From assembly GCA_000998275.1 (NCBI GenBank), contig LCDA01000001.1:30684-94683 (forward strand): a DNA stretch of 64,000 bases, read 5' to 3'. Position numbers and translations under genes: made by a program. Every line of letters begins with the position of its first letter. Within the stretch, counting starts at the first letter, position 1. This stretch comes from Candidatus Collierbacteria bacterium GW2011_GWA2_42_17 (GTDB taxonomy: Bacteria > Patescibacteriota > Microgenomatia > UBA1400 > MFAQ01). Positions 47,097-57,568 of the stretch are shown in pieces. The notes beneath the pieces are model-generated. The model worked only from the letters and a program-made list of their open reading frames with translations, was not told where the DNA came from and ran no database searches.

Positions 47097-50000
47097 TTAT
47101 TGATTTACTTCTTCGTTGGTAACACCCGCTTCAGCGGCTTCTTCCGATACTTCTTCGGTTTCTTCGGATTCTTCTTCATCTTCAAAAGTAGCAGCTTGAA
47201 GTTCTTCACTCATCGCGGTCGCTTCGGTAATTTCGGCGGCAACTTCTGGTTTTATCGAAACGGCTTCTTCTTCAACAACTTCGACGGATCCAGTTGGAAC
47301 GATTGCCAGTCCAAGAGAGTTAAGTTCTTTCATAAGGACCTTGAAGGACTCAGGAACCGAGGACATGGAGATAGTTTCGCCCTTAACAATTGATTCGAAG
47401 GCTTTGGAACGACCAACAACGTCATCGGATTTGATGGTAAGCATTTCCTGGAGAGTATAGGCTGCTTTGTGCGCTTCGAGTGCCCAAACTTCCATTTCTC
47501 CCAAACGCTGTCCACCCATCTGAGCTTTACCACCCAATGGTTGCTGAGTGACTAAACTGTAAGGTCCAATTGAACGAGCATGGGTCTTGTCTTCGACCAT
47601 GTGGTTGAGCTTGATGATGTAGGTAACACCGACAGCGGTCTCTTCTTCGAAAGCTTCTCCACTTCGACCGTCATAGAGCTGAATCTTGCCAGTGACGGGA
47701 AGATTGGCTTCTTTTAAAGCAGCAGCAATTTTGGCTTCGGAAACACTTTCAAAAACCGGGACCGAGTAGCGTTTGCCGAGTTTACTTCCAGCAAATCCAA
47801 GCTGGGCTTCCAAAAGTTGACCTAAGTTCATACGGGCGAGGACAGAAAGAGGAGAAATAATAATATCAACGGGAGTACCGTCGGCCATGTGGGGCATGTC
47901 GGCCTGAGAAACGATCTTACTGATGACTCCTTTATTACCATGACGTCCGGCGACTTTGTCACCGACAGTAATTTTTCTGAGCTGAGCAACTTTGACCTTG
48001 ATCTGCTTGATGACACCAGCATCAAGTTCGTCACCGTCATCACGATTTAGGATGCGGATAGAAATAATGACACCCTGTTCACCGTGAGGCATACGAAGGG
48101 AGGTATCCCTAACTTCTCTTGCCTTTTCGCCAAAGATAGCGCGAAGCAATCTTTCTTCAGCAGTGAGTTCAGTTTCACCCTTAGGAGCAATTTTTCCTAT
48201 TAAAATGTCGTTTGGACCAACTACGGAACCGACGGCGATAATACCTTCGTGGTCTAGGTTTCGTAGATCAGTTTCGGCAACATTGGGGATGTCTCTTGTT
48301 AACTCTTCAGGTCCAAGCTTTGTATCCATAACATCACAAGTGTGTTCGTGGATATGGACAGAAGAGAGAAGATCTTGGCTGACACAGCGATCGGAAACAA
48401 CGATGGCATCTTCATAACCCAAACCTTCAAAGGCGGCATAGGCGATTAAAAGATTTTGACCAAGAGCCAACTCGCCATTTTCAGCGGCTGGACCGTTGAT
48501 GATGCAGTCACCTTTTTTAATTTTGTCGCCAATGTCGACCAAGGGGTGCTGGTTGTAGGAAGTGTCTTGAGAAGAGTTGTGATATTTTCTGATGTTGTAG
48601 GTAACTATGTCACGATTGACTTCGACAAAACCGTAGTCAAAAGGTGAGATCTCGGAAGCAGCGATTTTAGCGTCGGACGGAGAAAGCTTAAGAGAAATAT
48701 GGTCGGCGTCGACGGAGATAACTTCACCTGCAAACTGAGAGGTGACGGACCAGCCCATACTTTGAGCAACAACACTTTCCATACCAGTGCCTACAATAGG
48801 GGCGGATGGCTTGACTAAAGGTAGAGCTTGAGTAAGGTGATGAGTACCCATGAGAGCACGAGTGCCTTCGTCTTGCTGAATAAAGGGAATAAGAGAAGCT
48901 GAGGTACCAACAACCTGACGAGGAACAACATCAATGTACTGGATTAAGTCAACATCGACTTCGAGATATTTGCCTTGGTATCGAGCAGGGACCCATTTTT
49001 GAGTGATGACATCACCATCGCGTTCGATTCCGGCATGAGTAACATAAACGTCTTCTTCGTCGTCGGCGGCGAGGAAAATAATTTCTTTACCAATAACCAT
49101 CTTGGTTTTGCCACCCCTTGTTACTTTTTCAACTTTGAGATAGGGTGATTCAAGGAAACCGTAGTCGTTGATACGAGTGTAAAGGGCCAGATAGGTAACC
49201 AAGCCAATGTTTGGACCCTCGGGAGATCTCACGGGACAGATACGAGAGTATTGAGAAGAGTGAATATCACGCATGGAGAAACTGGCACGTTCTCTCGTTA
49301 TACCACCGGGCCCCATAACGGAGATACGGCGAAGGTTGTCGATTTCCGAAAGAGGGTTAACTTGATCCAGGATGGAAGAAAGTCTGTTTCGGCGGAAAAA
49401 CTCGGTAATGGCGGAAATTATTGGCCTGGGGTTTACAAAGGCGGCGGGGGTGGGAAGTTCATCGGGTTTGGCAAGAGACATTTTCTCTTTGATGGAACGC
49501 TCGAGGCGAAGAAGTCCGGCTTTGAAAGATGTCTGGTTGACAAGTTCACCAACACAGCGGAGACGACGGTTGGCCAAGTGATCGATGTCGTCAACTTTAC
49601 CTTTACCATTTTGAAGATCGATAAGATATTTGATGGAACCGACAAAATCGTCGATGGAGAGGGTAACATGTTGCTTATCTACAGGAATAGAAAGACCAAG
49701 TTTTCGGCTCATCTTGTAACGTCCAACGAGTCCTAGGTTATAACGTCGGGAATCAAAAAACATTTGGTGAAGAAGAGCCTTGGCGTTGTCAAGAACGGCC
49801 GGTTCACCGGGGCGGACCTTTTGATAGAACTCCAAAAGAGCTTCTTCTGTGTTGGTAGTTGGATCTTTAAGGAGGGTGGTGGCAATGTAGGGGTGATCTT
49901 TATCAATATCGACTTCACTGAAAAGGGCGAGAATTTCTTCGTTGGTACTAAAACCTAGAGCGCGAAGGAGGGTGGTAGCTGATACTTTGCGATGGCGGTC

Positions 50001-50537
50001 GATTCTGACGGAGAGATGATCATTGCGACTAACAATTACTTCCAGCCAAGAACCGCGCATAGGGCGAATTTCGGCTTGATGAATAGCACGTCCAGAGTGA
50101 GGATCGACCTCGCGAGTGAAGTAGGCGCCTGGAGAACGAACCAGCTGATCAACAACGACACGTTCGACACCGTTAATGATAAAGGTTCCCGTGGAAGTCA
50201 TCATGGGAATGTCACCCAAGAAAATTTCCTGTTGCTGAGTGGCTTTGGAATGGAGATTGGTTAATTTAACGGTTGCCCAAAGAGGAGCTTCAAAGGTAAC
50301 ACCTTTTTCGATGGCTTGTTTGGGAGTGATTTTGGGAAGACCAATGCGATTTGAAAGAAATTCGAATTCAAAGACCTTACCCGTGAAGTCCTTGATGGGG
50401 TTAAGCTCAGTGAGAGACTCGCTTATGCCGTCTTGGAGAAATTGCTTGTATGAGTTGATTTGAATTTGAATCAAATTCAATTCTGGTAATACCGGGTTTA
50501 TTGTTCCCCAGTTTTCACGATTGGTTTGTTTATTCAT
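47097..50537 (-). CDS. rpoB: RNA polymerase beta subunit
   Basis: GTFIINGVERVVV, SPEGPNIGL, GDKVAGRHGNKG, GGQRLGEMEVWALEA. Confidence 0.99.
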   Translation of the reverse strand: MNKQTNRENWGTINPVLPELNLIQIQINSYKQFLQDGISESLTELNPIKDFTGKVFEFEFLSNRIGLPKITPKQAIEKGVTFEAPLWATVKLTNLHSKATQQQEIFLGDIPMMTSTGTFIINGVERVVVDQLVRSPGAYFTREVDPHSGRAIHQAEIRPMRGSWLEVIVSRNDHLSVRIDRHRKVSATTLLRALGFSTNEEILALFSEVDIDKDHPYIATTLLKDPTTNTEEALLEFYQKVRPGEPAVLDNAKALLHQMFFDSRRYNLGLVGRYKMSRKLGLSIPVDKQHVTLSIDDFVGSIKYLIDLQNGKGKVDDIDHLANRRLRCVGELVNQTSFKAGLLRLERSIKEKMSLAKPDELPTPAAFVNPRPIISAITEFFRRNRLSSILDQVNPLSEIDNLRRISVMGPGGITRERASFSMRDIHSSQYSRICPVRSPEGPNIGLVTYLALYTRINDYGFLESPYLKVEKVTRGGKTKMVIGKEIIFLAADDEEDVYVTHAGIERDGDVITQKWVPARYQGKYLEVDVDLIQYIDVVPRQVVGTSASLIPFIQQDEGTRALMGTHHLTQALPLVKPSAPIVGTGMESVVAQSMGWSVTSQFAGEVISVDADHISLKLSPSDAKIAASEISPFDYGFVEVNRDIVTYNIRKYHNSSQDTSYNQHPLVDIGDKIKKGDCIINGPAAENGELALGQNLLIAYAAFEGLGYEDAIVVSDRCVSQDLLSSVHIHEHTCDVMDTKLGPEELTRDIPNVAETDLRNLDHEGIIAVGSVVGPNDILIGKIAPKGETELTAEERLLRAIFGEKAREVRDTSLRMPHGEQGVIISIRILNRDDGDELDAGVIKQIKVKVAQLRKITVGDKVAGRHGNKGVISKIVSQADMPHMADGTPVDIIISPLSVLARMNLGQLLEAQLGFAGSKLGKRYSVPVFESVSEAKIAAALKEANLPVTGKIQLYDGRSGEAFEEETAVGVTYIIKLNHMVEDKTHARSIGPYSLVTQQPLGGKAQMGGQRLGEMEVWALEAHKAAYTLQEMLTIKSDDVVGRSKAFESIVKGETISMSSVPESFKVLMKELNSLGLAIVPTGSVEVVEEEAVSIKPEVAAEITEATAMSEELQAATFEDEEESEETEEVSEEAAEAGVTNEEVNQ

Positions 50538-50670
50538 CCGTTTTGGATTTTAAGGAAAAGTAAATAACAATGAAACATACGAAAACCTGACCGACACAAA
50601 ATCCAGCCAAGTTTATAGCAGTGCCATTAGGATATCATAATATTGAGGCCGTTGTCAACCTAAAGATTGA

Positions 50671-51675
50671 TCAGTTAACGCAGTCTTTTTGAAGGTAAGT
50701 ACAAATGTTTTGATTGTGTTCTTCGATGGTGTTTGCAAAATGAATGTTTCCCTTTAAATCGTGAAGATAAAACCAAGCAGAGGTTTCCTTGGGAGAGGCG
50801 GCGGCCATAAGGGCAGCTTTCCCGGGATTACTGATCGGTTTGGGGGGTAAGCCTTGATTGAGATAGGTGTTGTAGGGTGAGTTGATCTGAAGATCTGCCC
50901 TGGTAAGGTTTTTTGGCCACCAGTCGCAGTCAAGTTTTCGGCAACGGATGGTGGACAAGGCATATTGAACAGTGGCGTCAATTTGAAGTGGCCAGGCGGC
51001 GTTGATTCTATTTTCGATAACGCCAGCAACTTCGGGCATTTCGGCAGACGAAGCAGCTTCTCTTTCCAAAAGTGAGGCAATTATGGTTACTTTGTTTATG
51101 TCTGTCTCCGAAACTTTTGCCTCAACTAAGATATCTAAGTATCTTTTTTCCAGGCGACTAATGATGGCGGAGGTAGTGGCTTGGGGATCAAAATCGTAGG
51201 TATCCGGAAAGAGTCTACCTTCTTTATCAGCGGTTTTGGAAATAAACTCGGTAGTGGTAAAGGTTTTACCTTCGGCATTTTTAAAAGCACTTTCGAAGAT
51301 AAGGGCTATTTCTTGACGACGAAGGCCTTCGGGAATGGTGACTCTTATTGTTTTGGTACTGGCATGAGTCAGACTGTTGGCTATTTCAGTAATGGTCATG
51401 TTGGGTGAAAGTCTGAAAAAGCCAGCTTGGACTCGATTGGAAATGCCATAAACAATAACGGTAATTTTGAAAGCGGCTCTGGACCTAATCAGCTTAGCAG
51501 TACTTAACTCCTGACCAATACGATCGATACTCCAACCGGACTTGATTTCAAACTCGGTGGCGGAAGTTTGTTTATAAGTGACTGGTCTGGTAGCTTGAAA
51601 AAACCAACCAAAAAAAGCGATAAAAAGGAAGGTAAAAACAGTGAAAAGGCGTTTAAACATGAATCTATACTTCAC
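50671..51675 (-). CDS. mltG: Endolytic transglycosylase MltG
   Basis: N-terminal TM; VTIPEG, EGRLFPDTY, ASLLERE, LQIDATVQY, SPYNTY, GLPPKPISNPG. Confidence 0.95.
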   Translation of the reverse strand: MKYRFMFKRLFTVFTFLFIAFFGWFFQATRPVTYKQTSATEFEIKSGWSIDRIGQELSTAKLIRSRAAFKITVIVYGISNRVQAGFFRLSPNMTITEIANSLTHASTKTIRVTIPEGLRRQEIALIFESAFKNAEGKTFTTTEFISKTADKEGRLFPDTYDFDPQATTSAIISRLEKRYLDILVEAKVSETDINKVTIIASLLEREAASSAEMPEVAGVIENRINAAWPLQIDATVQYALSTIRCRKLDCDWWPKNLTRADLQINSPYNTYLNQGLPPKPISNPGKAALMAAASPKETSAWFYLHDLKGNIHFANTIEEHNQNICTYLQKDCVN

Positions 51676-51871
51676 TTAAAAGGGCGCGGCGATAAGTTTT
51701 TGTCTTGGGATTATAAATAAAGATACGGCCACATTTGCAGGTGACTTGGTTACAGTCTTTGACCTTTTTTGAGGGAACACTTTCACCCTCAACAAGTGGA
51801 GTGCCACAACCAACACAAGAGCCCTTGGAAAGGAGCCAGGCTTGGACGGGAGCAATGATATTCTTGAACAT
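51665..51871 (-). CDS. Small zinc-finger protein
   Basis: CVGCG...VTCKCGRIF; TGATACAAT 6 nt before the ATG. Confidence 0.8.
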   Translation of the reverse strand: MFKNIIAPVQAWLLSKGSCVGCGTPLVEGESVPSKKVKDCNQVTCKCGRIFIYNPKTKTYRRALLSEV

Positions 51872-51892
51872 AACTTTATTGTATCAAAGTAG

Positions 51893-52291
51893 TTAATTAT
51901 CGGCGTTGTCTAGATAGTCCTCCAAAATGATAGCAGCAGCTGTTTGATGTTCACTCTTTTTTCTTCTCATAAGAGTTTTGCCCGATTTCTTCAGGAGACT
52001 TCTGGCCGAACGAGAAGAAAAATCTTCGGAAAATAAAACAATTTTACCGGAGAAGACCTTCTGTAGTTCTTTTTTTAAGCTTGAGGCTGTTTCAACCAAA
52101 GGACCATGATGAGGAACTCCGATAACGATAGTTTCAGGATTGTTTTTGGCTATAAAAGGGAGTAGTTTGCCGAGAAGTTTATCTTTTTGGGACTCAAAGA
52201 TGGTAGCCAGAGGCTCAGCAAGCATTCCCTCGCGAGAGATAGCGATGCCTGTATGAGCAGTACCAAGATCGAGACAAAGTATTGTTTTCAT
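51893..52291 (-). CDS. yqgF: YqgF/RuvX putative pre-16S rRNA nuclease
   Basis: LCLDLG..HTGIAIS, IVIGVP, EDFSS, AAAIILEDYLD. Confidence 0.88.
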   Translation of the reverse strand: MKTILCLDLGTAHTGIAISREGMLAEPLATIFESQKDKLLGKLLPFIAKNNPETIVIGVPHHGPLVETASSLKKELQKVFSGKIVLFSEDFSSRSARSLLKKSGKTLMRRKKSEHQTAAAIILEDYLDNADN

Positions 52292-52293
52292 GT

Positions 52294-53046
52294 TTAATTT
52301 TCGATGAGGGTTGCCTCCACCACCAAACGGCGAAGAGTGGTTCCAGGAGGAACACAGGTAATTAATTTAATAGTTTTAGCGTTGTAGTTTTGTTTTAGTA
52401 CCCAAAGTTCTGACGGTTTTACCTCAATAATACTGGTAACCCGATAAGTGTATTCTGCCTCTTTGTATTTAACAAAGACGTCAGAACCGAGTTTCATTTT
52501 GGGTAAATTGGAAAAAATAGTGGTGTATTTTAAGGGATTATAAAATTGTGGAAGGGTAGAATGACCAAAGATTACAGGTGAACCGCGTTCACCCGGAAGC
52601 GCGGTTTGAGGATACTGAACCAGGTGTTTCGTAAGATCTTCGTCAAATAAACTTACTTGAACATCAGCAAGTTCGAGAGAGGGGATAGAGATTGAATAAA
52701 ATTCGGGGATGTTGCCATCGTCTATCTTGGGGGTAGTAAAGGGATTGTTTTGGGTGTCTCCGGGGAACCAACTACTGGCTTTGGTATAGTCTAGATCACT
52801 CAGAACTTTTGGTTCACGATCCGAACTTGCTTTTGATTCGTAATAGACCGGGGAGAGAAGCCCAGAGTTAACCAAACTAAATGGTTTGAAGTCTTTTAAT
52901 TGGTAACTGACCACTGGATAAGTTACGGCACCGAGAATACCAAGACCGACAGCAGAGATTAATGTCGGTACGGTTTTTAAATATATGGGGATTTTTCTCC
53001 CAGGATGTGGGTTTTTTGCCGTAGCTTTTTTGTATCCGTAGAGCAT
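52294..53046 (-). CDS. Sortase
   Basis: TM anchor; IFGHS, LITCVPPG...RRLVV His-Cys-Arg triad. Confidence 0.9.
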   Translation of the reverse strand: MLYGYKKATAKNPHPGRKIPIYLKTVPTLISAVGLGILGAVTYPVVSYQLKDFKPFSLVNSGLLSPVYYESKASSDREPKVLSDLDYTKASSWFPGDTQNNPFTTPKIDDGNIPEFYSISIPSLELADVQVSLFDEDLTKHLVQYPQTALPGERGSPVIFGHSTLPQFYNPLKYTTIFSNLPKMKLGSDVFVKYKEAEYTYRVTSIIEVKPSELWVLKQNYNAKTIKLITCVPPGTTLRRLVVEATLIEN

Positions 53047-53047
53047 G

Positions 53048-54559
53048 TTAGTCCTCCACTAGTTCAAACTTGATGTTTTTTAGAGGAAGGAAGTTGGTAA
53101 AGACGGGAATTTTGGGGGCAATCTTAATCCTAAGCTGACTAAATCCTTGAATGGTAGAGAAGTAGGGGCGGATTCCCGTGACAGATTTTCCCCCGATAGC
53201 TGCCTTTAATTTTTCTTCGTCAATCTTGGGAAATAGACTAGTTTCAACGTTTACTTTTGCTTCGTAGTAGCCGTCTTTTTTAACTGGTTCTTCGAGTATG
53301 ATGGCAGTGTTTCCGGGAAAAATTTCCGATCCGGCGGGTATTTGGGGAGCAAGTTGAACCGCAATTAATTGATAAAGATTGTCCTCGGAATAAACAAGAG
53401 TATCGACCGATCCTTCAAGATCCAAATTTAAAACTGTTGCCTCTTCACCAATATCCTTATCAAAAGTTTTTTTGGTGAAAGCAAATTCAGAGAGTGCCAG
53501 AGATTTAAGTCCGGGAGTTTGTGATTGGGTTGAAGCCTGAATCTGAGTCTTTATTTTCTCGGTAGCTAACAAAAGAAGTTTATCCTGATCGGCTTTGGAA
53601 ACAGCACGAACTGCTCTGGATGTTCCGCCGGAGAAGTCTGCGTCGGCGACAGCGATGATGGTGTTTTTTGAGTAGTTATCAACGGAGAAATTTGAGTTTT
53701 TAGGAAGGTTGTAATCAGCGCCAATCTTGGCTGCGTTTACCTTTACTCCTGACACAATCCCGTATGCTCCTTGAACAATACCGACATCGGCACTCTTGGA
53801 GGCGACGGTTATTGCATCAGTTATGGTATATGCATATTTACTATTTTCAGAAAGGATGGTGGAGCCGGCTTTGATGACAATGGGGGCAGTTGATTTGTTG
53901 GCGATGGTGATTGTCCCGGAAGCTTTATCACCTACAGTTGCGTCTCCGGTGGTAGGAATTTGTTCTTTGGCGGAACCAGAAACTGTTTTTTTTGTAGCCA
54001 GTAAGGTGGGTGTGGCGGAAACAGAACTTTCGGCAATGGAGATGATGTACTGACCAGTGATTTTTTGAGGATTGAAGGCAATGGAGATAATTGCCTGTCC
54101 GGTAAACAGATAGAGGATATAACCCAAACCTAATAACAAAGGTAGAACAAGTAAATATAACCAAGAAAGTTTATTTACTTTTATATCGGGAAGTCTAAAT
54201 TTTGGAAAAGTTGGTAAGGAAAAAGCGAGTTTGGTTTTCGGTTTTGGAGTAAAGGACGGTTCTTCTTGGGGAAGGGCATACTCCGGTTCCGAGATGTCGG
54301 TCGAAGGCTCGACGTATGTTTCGGGAAGAGCTTTTTCTACAGATGAAGGAGCGTCGGCCTCTTCGTACGAAAAGCCGAGCTCGTCAATGGATGTCGGAGA
54401 TACTTCCGGAACATAAATATTGGTTTCTTCATGAGGGAGACTCTCTTCATGAGACTCTTCGCCTGTCTTTCCAGTAAGATACTGAACAGCTTCAGTACCT
54501 CCGGTGAGGGCAGTTGCTCGAATACTAAAGTCTACGGGTAAGGCCTCAACCTTGGGCAT
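53048..54559 (-). CDS. Membrane protein with baseplate-J-like extracellular domain (C-terminal part of a probably split gene)
   Basis: Acidic/Pro linker, single TM, TTG...VGDKASGTITI.N, V.A.KIGADYNL, FSGGTSR...VSKADQD. Confidence 0.65.
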   Translation of the reverse strand: MPKVEALPVDFSIRATALTGGTEAVQYLTGKTGEESHEESLPHEETNIYVPEVSPTSIDELGFSYEEADAPSSVEKALPETYVEPSTDISEPEYALPQEEPSFTPKPKTKLAFSLPTFPKFRLPDIKVNKLSWLYLLVLPLLLGLGYILYLFTGQAIISIAFNPQKITGQYIISIAESSVSATPTLLATKKTVSGSAKEQIPTTGDATVGDKASGTITIANKSTAPIVIKAGSTILSENSKYAYTITDAITVASKSADVGIVQGAYGIVSGVKVNAAKIGADYNLPKNSNFSVDNYSKNTIIAVADADFSGGTSRAVRAVSKADQDKLLLLATEKIKTQIQASTQSQTPGLKSLALSEFAFTKKTFDKDIGEEATVLNLDLEGSVDTLVYSEDNLYQLIAVQLAPQIPAGSEIFPGNTAIILEEPVKKDGYYEAKVNVETSLFPKIDEEKLKAAIGGKSVTGIRPYFSTIQGFSQLRIKIAPKIPVFTNFLPLKNIKFELVED

Positions 54560-55089
54560 GCGTTGGAAAGGAAGTCGCTCCGGGCAGTTTCTTCTGATGA
54601 AGTTATTTCACCTTTTTCGATAATAGAGACAGCGACTTTGGTGGTGTAGATCTCAAGAAGAATAGCCGTAGGAGGAATACCTTCAAGGTTTTTCATGTAA
54701 TGGGCAATGGCGGAGTTTATGGGAACCATACCAATGGGATCAAGCCCTAACTCTTTGACTAAACGACTTATTAGCTTGGTTTTTGAAGGATGAACTTTGC
54801 CGTCGTTAATCCAGGAATCAGGGAGTCCAAAGATAACTTTTCGGGGCTCGGAATCAATGTCTTTGACGGCTTGCTCAAGTGAAGCGTCGACCCCGTTTAT
54901 AAGAGAGTCTTCGTCTTCCCATGACTCGAACGAACCTACCTTAATAACAGAAGGAATTCCCTCGACTACTTCCCATAGAGCGGTTTTGATGAGAGATTCA
55001 TGAATCTCGATGGCCAAAAAAAGATCCGGTTCTTTGGTTTTTGTATTGTTTCCAAATAGATTTACTAAGTTCATGGCAAAAGTCGTCAA
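54532..55089 (-). CDS. FtsA/actin-fold-like N-terminal fragment of a probably split gene
   Basis: FLAIEI....IKTALW, VIFGLP..W, L.PIG.V; ends out of frame overlapping the next ORF. Confidence 0.5.
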   Translation of the reverse strand: MTTFAMNLVNLFGNNTKTKEPDLFLAIEIHESLIKTALWEVVEGIPSVIKVGSFESWEDEDSLINGVDASLEQAVKDIDSEPRKVIFGLPDSWINDGKVHPSKTKLISRLVKELGLDPIGMVPINSAIAHYMKNLEGIPPTAILLEIYTTKVAVSIIEKGEITSSEETARSDFLSNACPRLRPYP

Positions 55090-56924
55090 ACAAACTGCAA
55101 GTATAGGCGCCGTGTTCCGGCACCTAGTGATTCTTGTTTGACTATCTTTATCTTAGCAAGTTCTTGAGTGTTAGTCACATGGGGGCCACCACAGATCTCC
55201 TTGGAAAAGGTATTTTCTTTGGTACCAATCGTGTAAACACTGACGATGTCGGGATATTTTTGACCGAAGAACGCCATAGCTCCCTGCGCAATGGCATCAT
55301 CCTTTTTCATTTCTTCTTGGGTGACCGGTAGTTTATCGGAAATTGCTTTGTTTATTAGTTCCTCGGTTAATTGGAGCTCATTATCTGTGAGTTTTTCCGG
55401 GTGAGAGAAATCAAATCTGAGTCTCTCCGAGGTAATATTGGATCCCTTTTGACTAACGTGAGTACCTAAGATTTGACGGAGAGCGGCGTGAAGCAGATGA
55501 GTGGCCGTGTGATATGCCGTGACGGTTTTGGAGTGGTCGGCAAGGCCTCCGGTGAACATGCCGGCAGAAGCAGAACGAGAAAGTTGTTTATGTTTTTCAA
55601 ATTCAGCTTCAAATTGTTTTGTGTCGATCTTGATATTCATTCTAGATAGTATTTCGGCGGTGATTTCCAGTGGAAAACCATAGTTTTGATAAAGATCAAA
55701 GGCGGCTTTACCGTCAATTTTGGGGTTTTTTTGGAGTTCTTTAATACCTTTGTCTAGTGAAGCACTAAATCTCTTAATTTCGGTCTTTATGGTCTCGTGA
55801 AGAACTGGAGTATCTTTTTTAATATCGAAATAGAGGGGTGAGTAAAACTCCGCAACCTTGAAACTAAGTTCGGAAAGTCTTTCAAGGATCTCAAAATTGG
55901 CAGTTAGAAAATATAACTTAACGGCTGCCCGGCGGAGTATTCTTCGCAAGACATACCCCTGAGCTTTGTTAGTTGGAAAAACACCATCTTTAATGAGAAA
56001 AGTGGCCGCGGTGAGATGATCGGCAATCACGCGCATGAGTGGTTGATTCTCGGCATCGGAGTAAGATTTTCCCGAGATTGTTTCAATTTCTTGAATTAGT
56101 GGATAGAGACTGGAAATCTTGAACATATCCGGGTCGGAGTTAACGGCGGCTTCCAAGCGAGTAAGGCCGCCACCAAAATCAATGTTTTTGCGAGGTAGTT
56201 CTTCAAGAGTGCCGTCTTCTTTTTTAAGATACTGCATAAAAACAGAGTTACCGATTTCCATGAAACGACCACAGTCGCAGTTGGGGTGACACTTTTCTTT
56301 TTTGAAGATCGATTTTTCATGGAGTTTGAGATCTTCACCAAAGTCAAAAAAGACTTCGGAGTCCGGGCCACCAGGTTCTCCGGCGGGCATATTTTCGGGA
56401 GGACCGGATCTGGACCACCAGTTTTTATTAGCGGGATAAGCAAAAATACGTTCACCTTCCTTGGCACTAACACCCACTCTTTTAAAGAGATCTTGCCAGA
56501 TGGAGATGGCTTCTACGTCCTTGCTCACACCGGATCCCCCTTCAAAAACGGTGACGAAGAGTTTTTTAGGGTCCAGACCAAGACCTTCGTTTTTACTTAT
56601 CAGGAAGGTAAAAAACCATTCTAGTTGTTTGTCTTTGGAGTAGTCTCCCAACGACCAGTTGCCGAGCATTTCAAAAAAAGTGGTGTGGCGATTATCCCCT
56701 ATTTCATCGATGTCTCCGGAGCGGAAACATTTTTGAGAATCAACAAGACGCGTGCCCAAAGGATGTTTTTGACCAAGTAAATAGGGCATCATCGGTTGCA
56801 TACCAGCAGAGGTAAAGAGGGTAGTGGCGTCGCCTTCGGGAACAAGTGATGCTGAAGGGATTAGGGCATGTCCTCTTTTTTCCATAAAAGAGAGAAATTT
56901 ACTTCTGATGTCATTAATGGTCAT
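55086..56924 (-). CDS. alaS: Alanine--tRNA ligase (short, no C-Ala domain)
   Basis: LFTSAGMQP, HTTFFEMLGNWS, IADH, HTATHLLH, EICGGPHV. Confidence 0.97.
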   Translation of the reverse strand: MTINDIRSKFLSFMEKRGHALIPSASLVPEGDATTLFTSAGMQPMMPYLLGQKHPLGTRLVDSQKCFRSGDIDEIGDNRHTTFFEMLGNWSLGDYSKDKQLEWFFTFLISKNEGLGLDPKKLFVTVFEGGSGVSKDVEAISIWQDLFKRVGVSAKEGERIFAYPANKNWWSRSGPPENMPAGEPGGPDSEVFFDFGEDLKLHEKSIFKKEKCHPNCDCGRFMEIGNSVFMQYLKKEDGTLEELPRKNIDFGGGLTRLEAAVNSDPDMFKISSLYPLIQEIETISGKSYSDAENQPLMRVIADHLTAATFLIKDGVFPTNKAQGYVLRRILRRAAVKLYFLTANFEILERLSELSFKVAEFYSPLYFDIKKDTPVLHETIKTEIKRFSASLDKGIKELQKNPKIDGKAAFDLYQNYGFPLEITAEILSRMNIKIDTKQFEAEFEKHKQLSRSASAGMFTGGLADHSKTVTAYHTATHLLHAALRQILGTHVSQKGSNITSERLRFDFSHPEKLTDNELQLTEELINKAISDKLPVTQEEMKKDDAIAQGAMAFFGQKYPDIVSVYTIGTKENTFSKEICGGPHVTNTQELAKIKIVKQESLGAGTRRLYLQFV

Positions 56925-56982
56925 TTGAATACAAATTATAGCTCAAACAGGTCGCTGTAAACAAAAGAATTAAGAATAGTGA

Positions 56983-57291
56983 TTATTGAGGACGAAGTGG
57001 ATAAACGGTGGGGGGAGCAGGTGGAGGGGCTTCAAAATCATAAGTGGCATGATGAGGGGTCTCTTGAGGGGTAATTATTGGAGTCCGAGGAGTTTCTTCA
57101 GGTTTCTCATGAGGAATGATATTGCCCGGAATATTTTTGTATTTTTCGGGAATAGCATTTAAAACTTCTTTGACGACTTTTCGGCCCTCTTCGGTGCCAA
57201 AAAGTAAGGCGGCAATGACGCCGATGGTTGCTCCCATGGCAAAGGAGGAAAAGTGGTGGTCTTGGTTATTATTGGGACTCATCTTCTTCAA
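56983..57291 (-). CDS. YtxH-like protein
   Basis: FAMGATIGVIAALLFGTEEGRK; Pro-rich tail. Confidence 0.7.
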   Translation of the reverse strand: MKKMSPNNNQDHHFSSFAMGATIGVIAALLFGTEEGRKVVKEVLNAIPEKYKNIPGNIIPHEKPEETPRTPIITPQETPHHATYDFEAPPPAPPTVYPLRPQ

Positions 57292-57568
57292 GATTTACCG
57301 GGGCTGACGGTTTGTCTTTACCAAGTAAGTGCTGGACCATTTCGACGATTTTTCCGGACTGACGGAAACCTTCGATAATGGCAAATAGGCCAACTGCCGG
57401 CTGGGATAGTTTTTGGAGAGTCTCGTCGGCGGTGTCAAGAGTGCGATTGACTCTTGTTAGAGAACTTTTTAATTCTTTGAGAACTAAAATCAACTCGATA
57501 CCGACAATAACAGCAACGACGGTGAGAACCGAGATAGAAATCAGCGAAATAATCTGGGACAAGGTCAT
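57269..57568 (-). CDS. DUF948/YtxG-like membrane protein
   Basis: N-terminal TM then coiled coil; paired with YtxH-like gene. Confidence 0.6.
   Translation of the reverse strand: MTLSQIISLISISVLTVVAVIVGIELILVLKELKSSLTRVNRTLDTADETLQKLSQPAVGLFAIIEGFRQSGKIVEMVQHLLGKDKPSAPVNLEEDESQ

Noticed and set aside
55086-56924. Short AlaRS as a possible pseudogene
   Set aside because: Catalytic and editing motifs are intact, and it ends cleanly overlapping the next gene; compact forms are expected in reduced genomes
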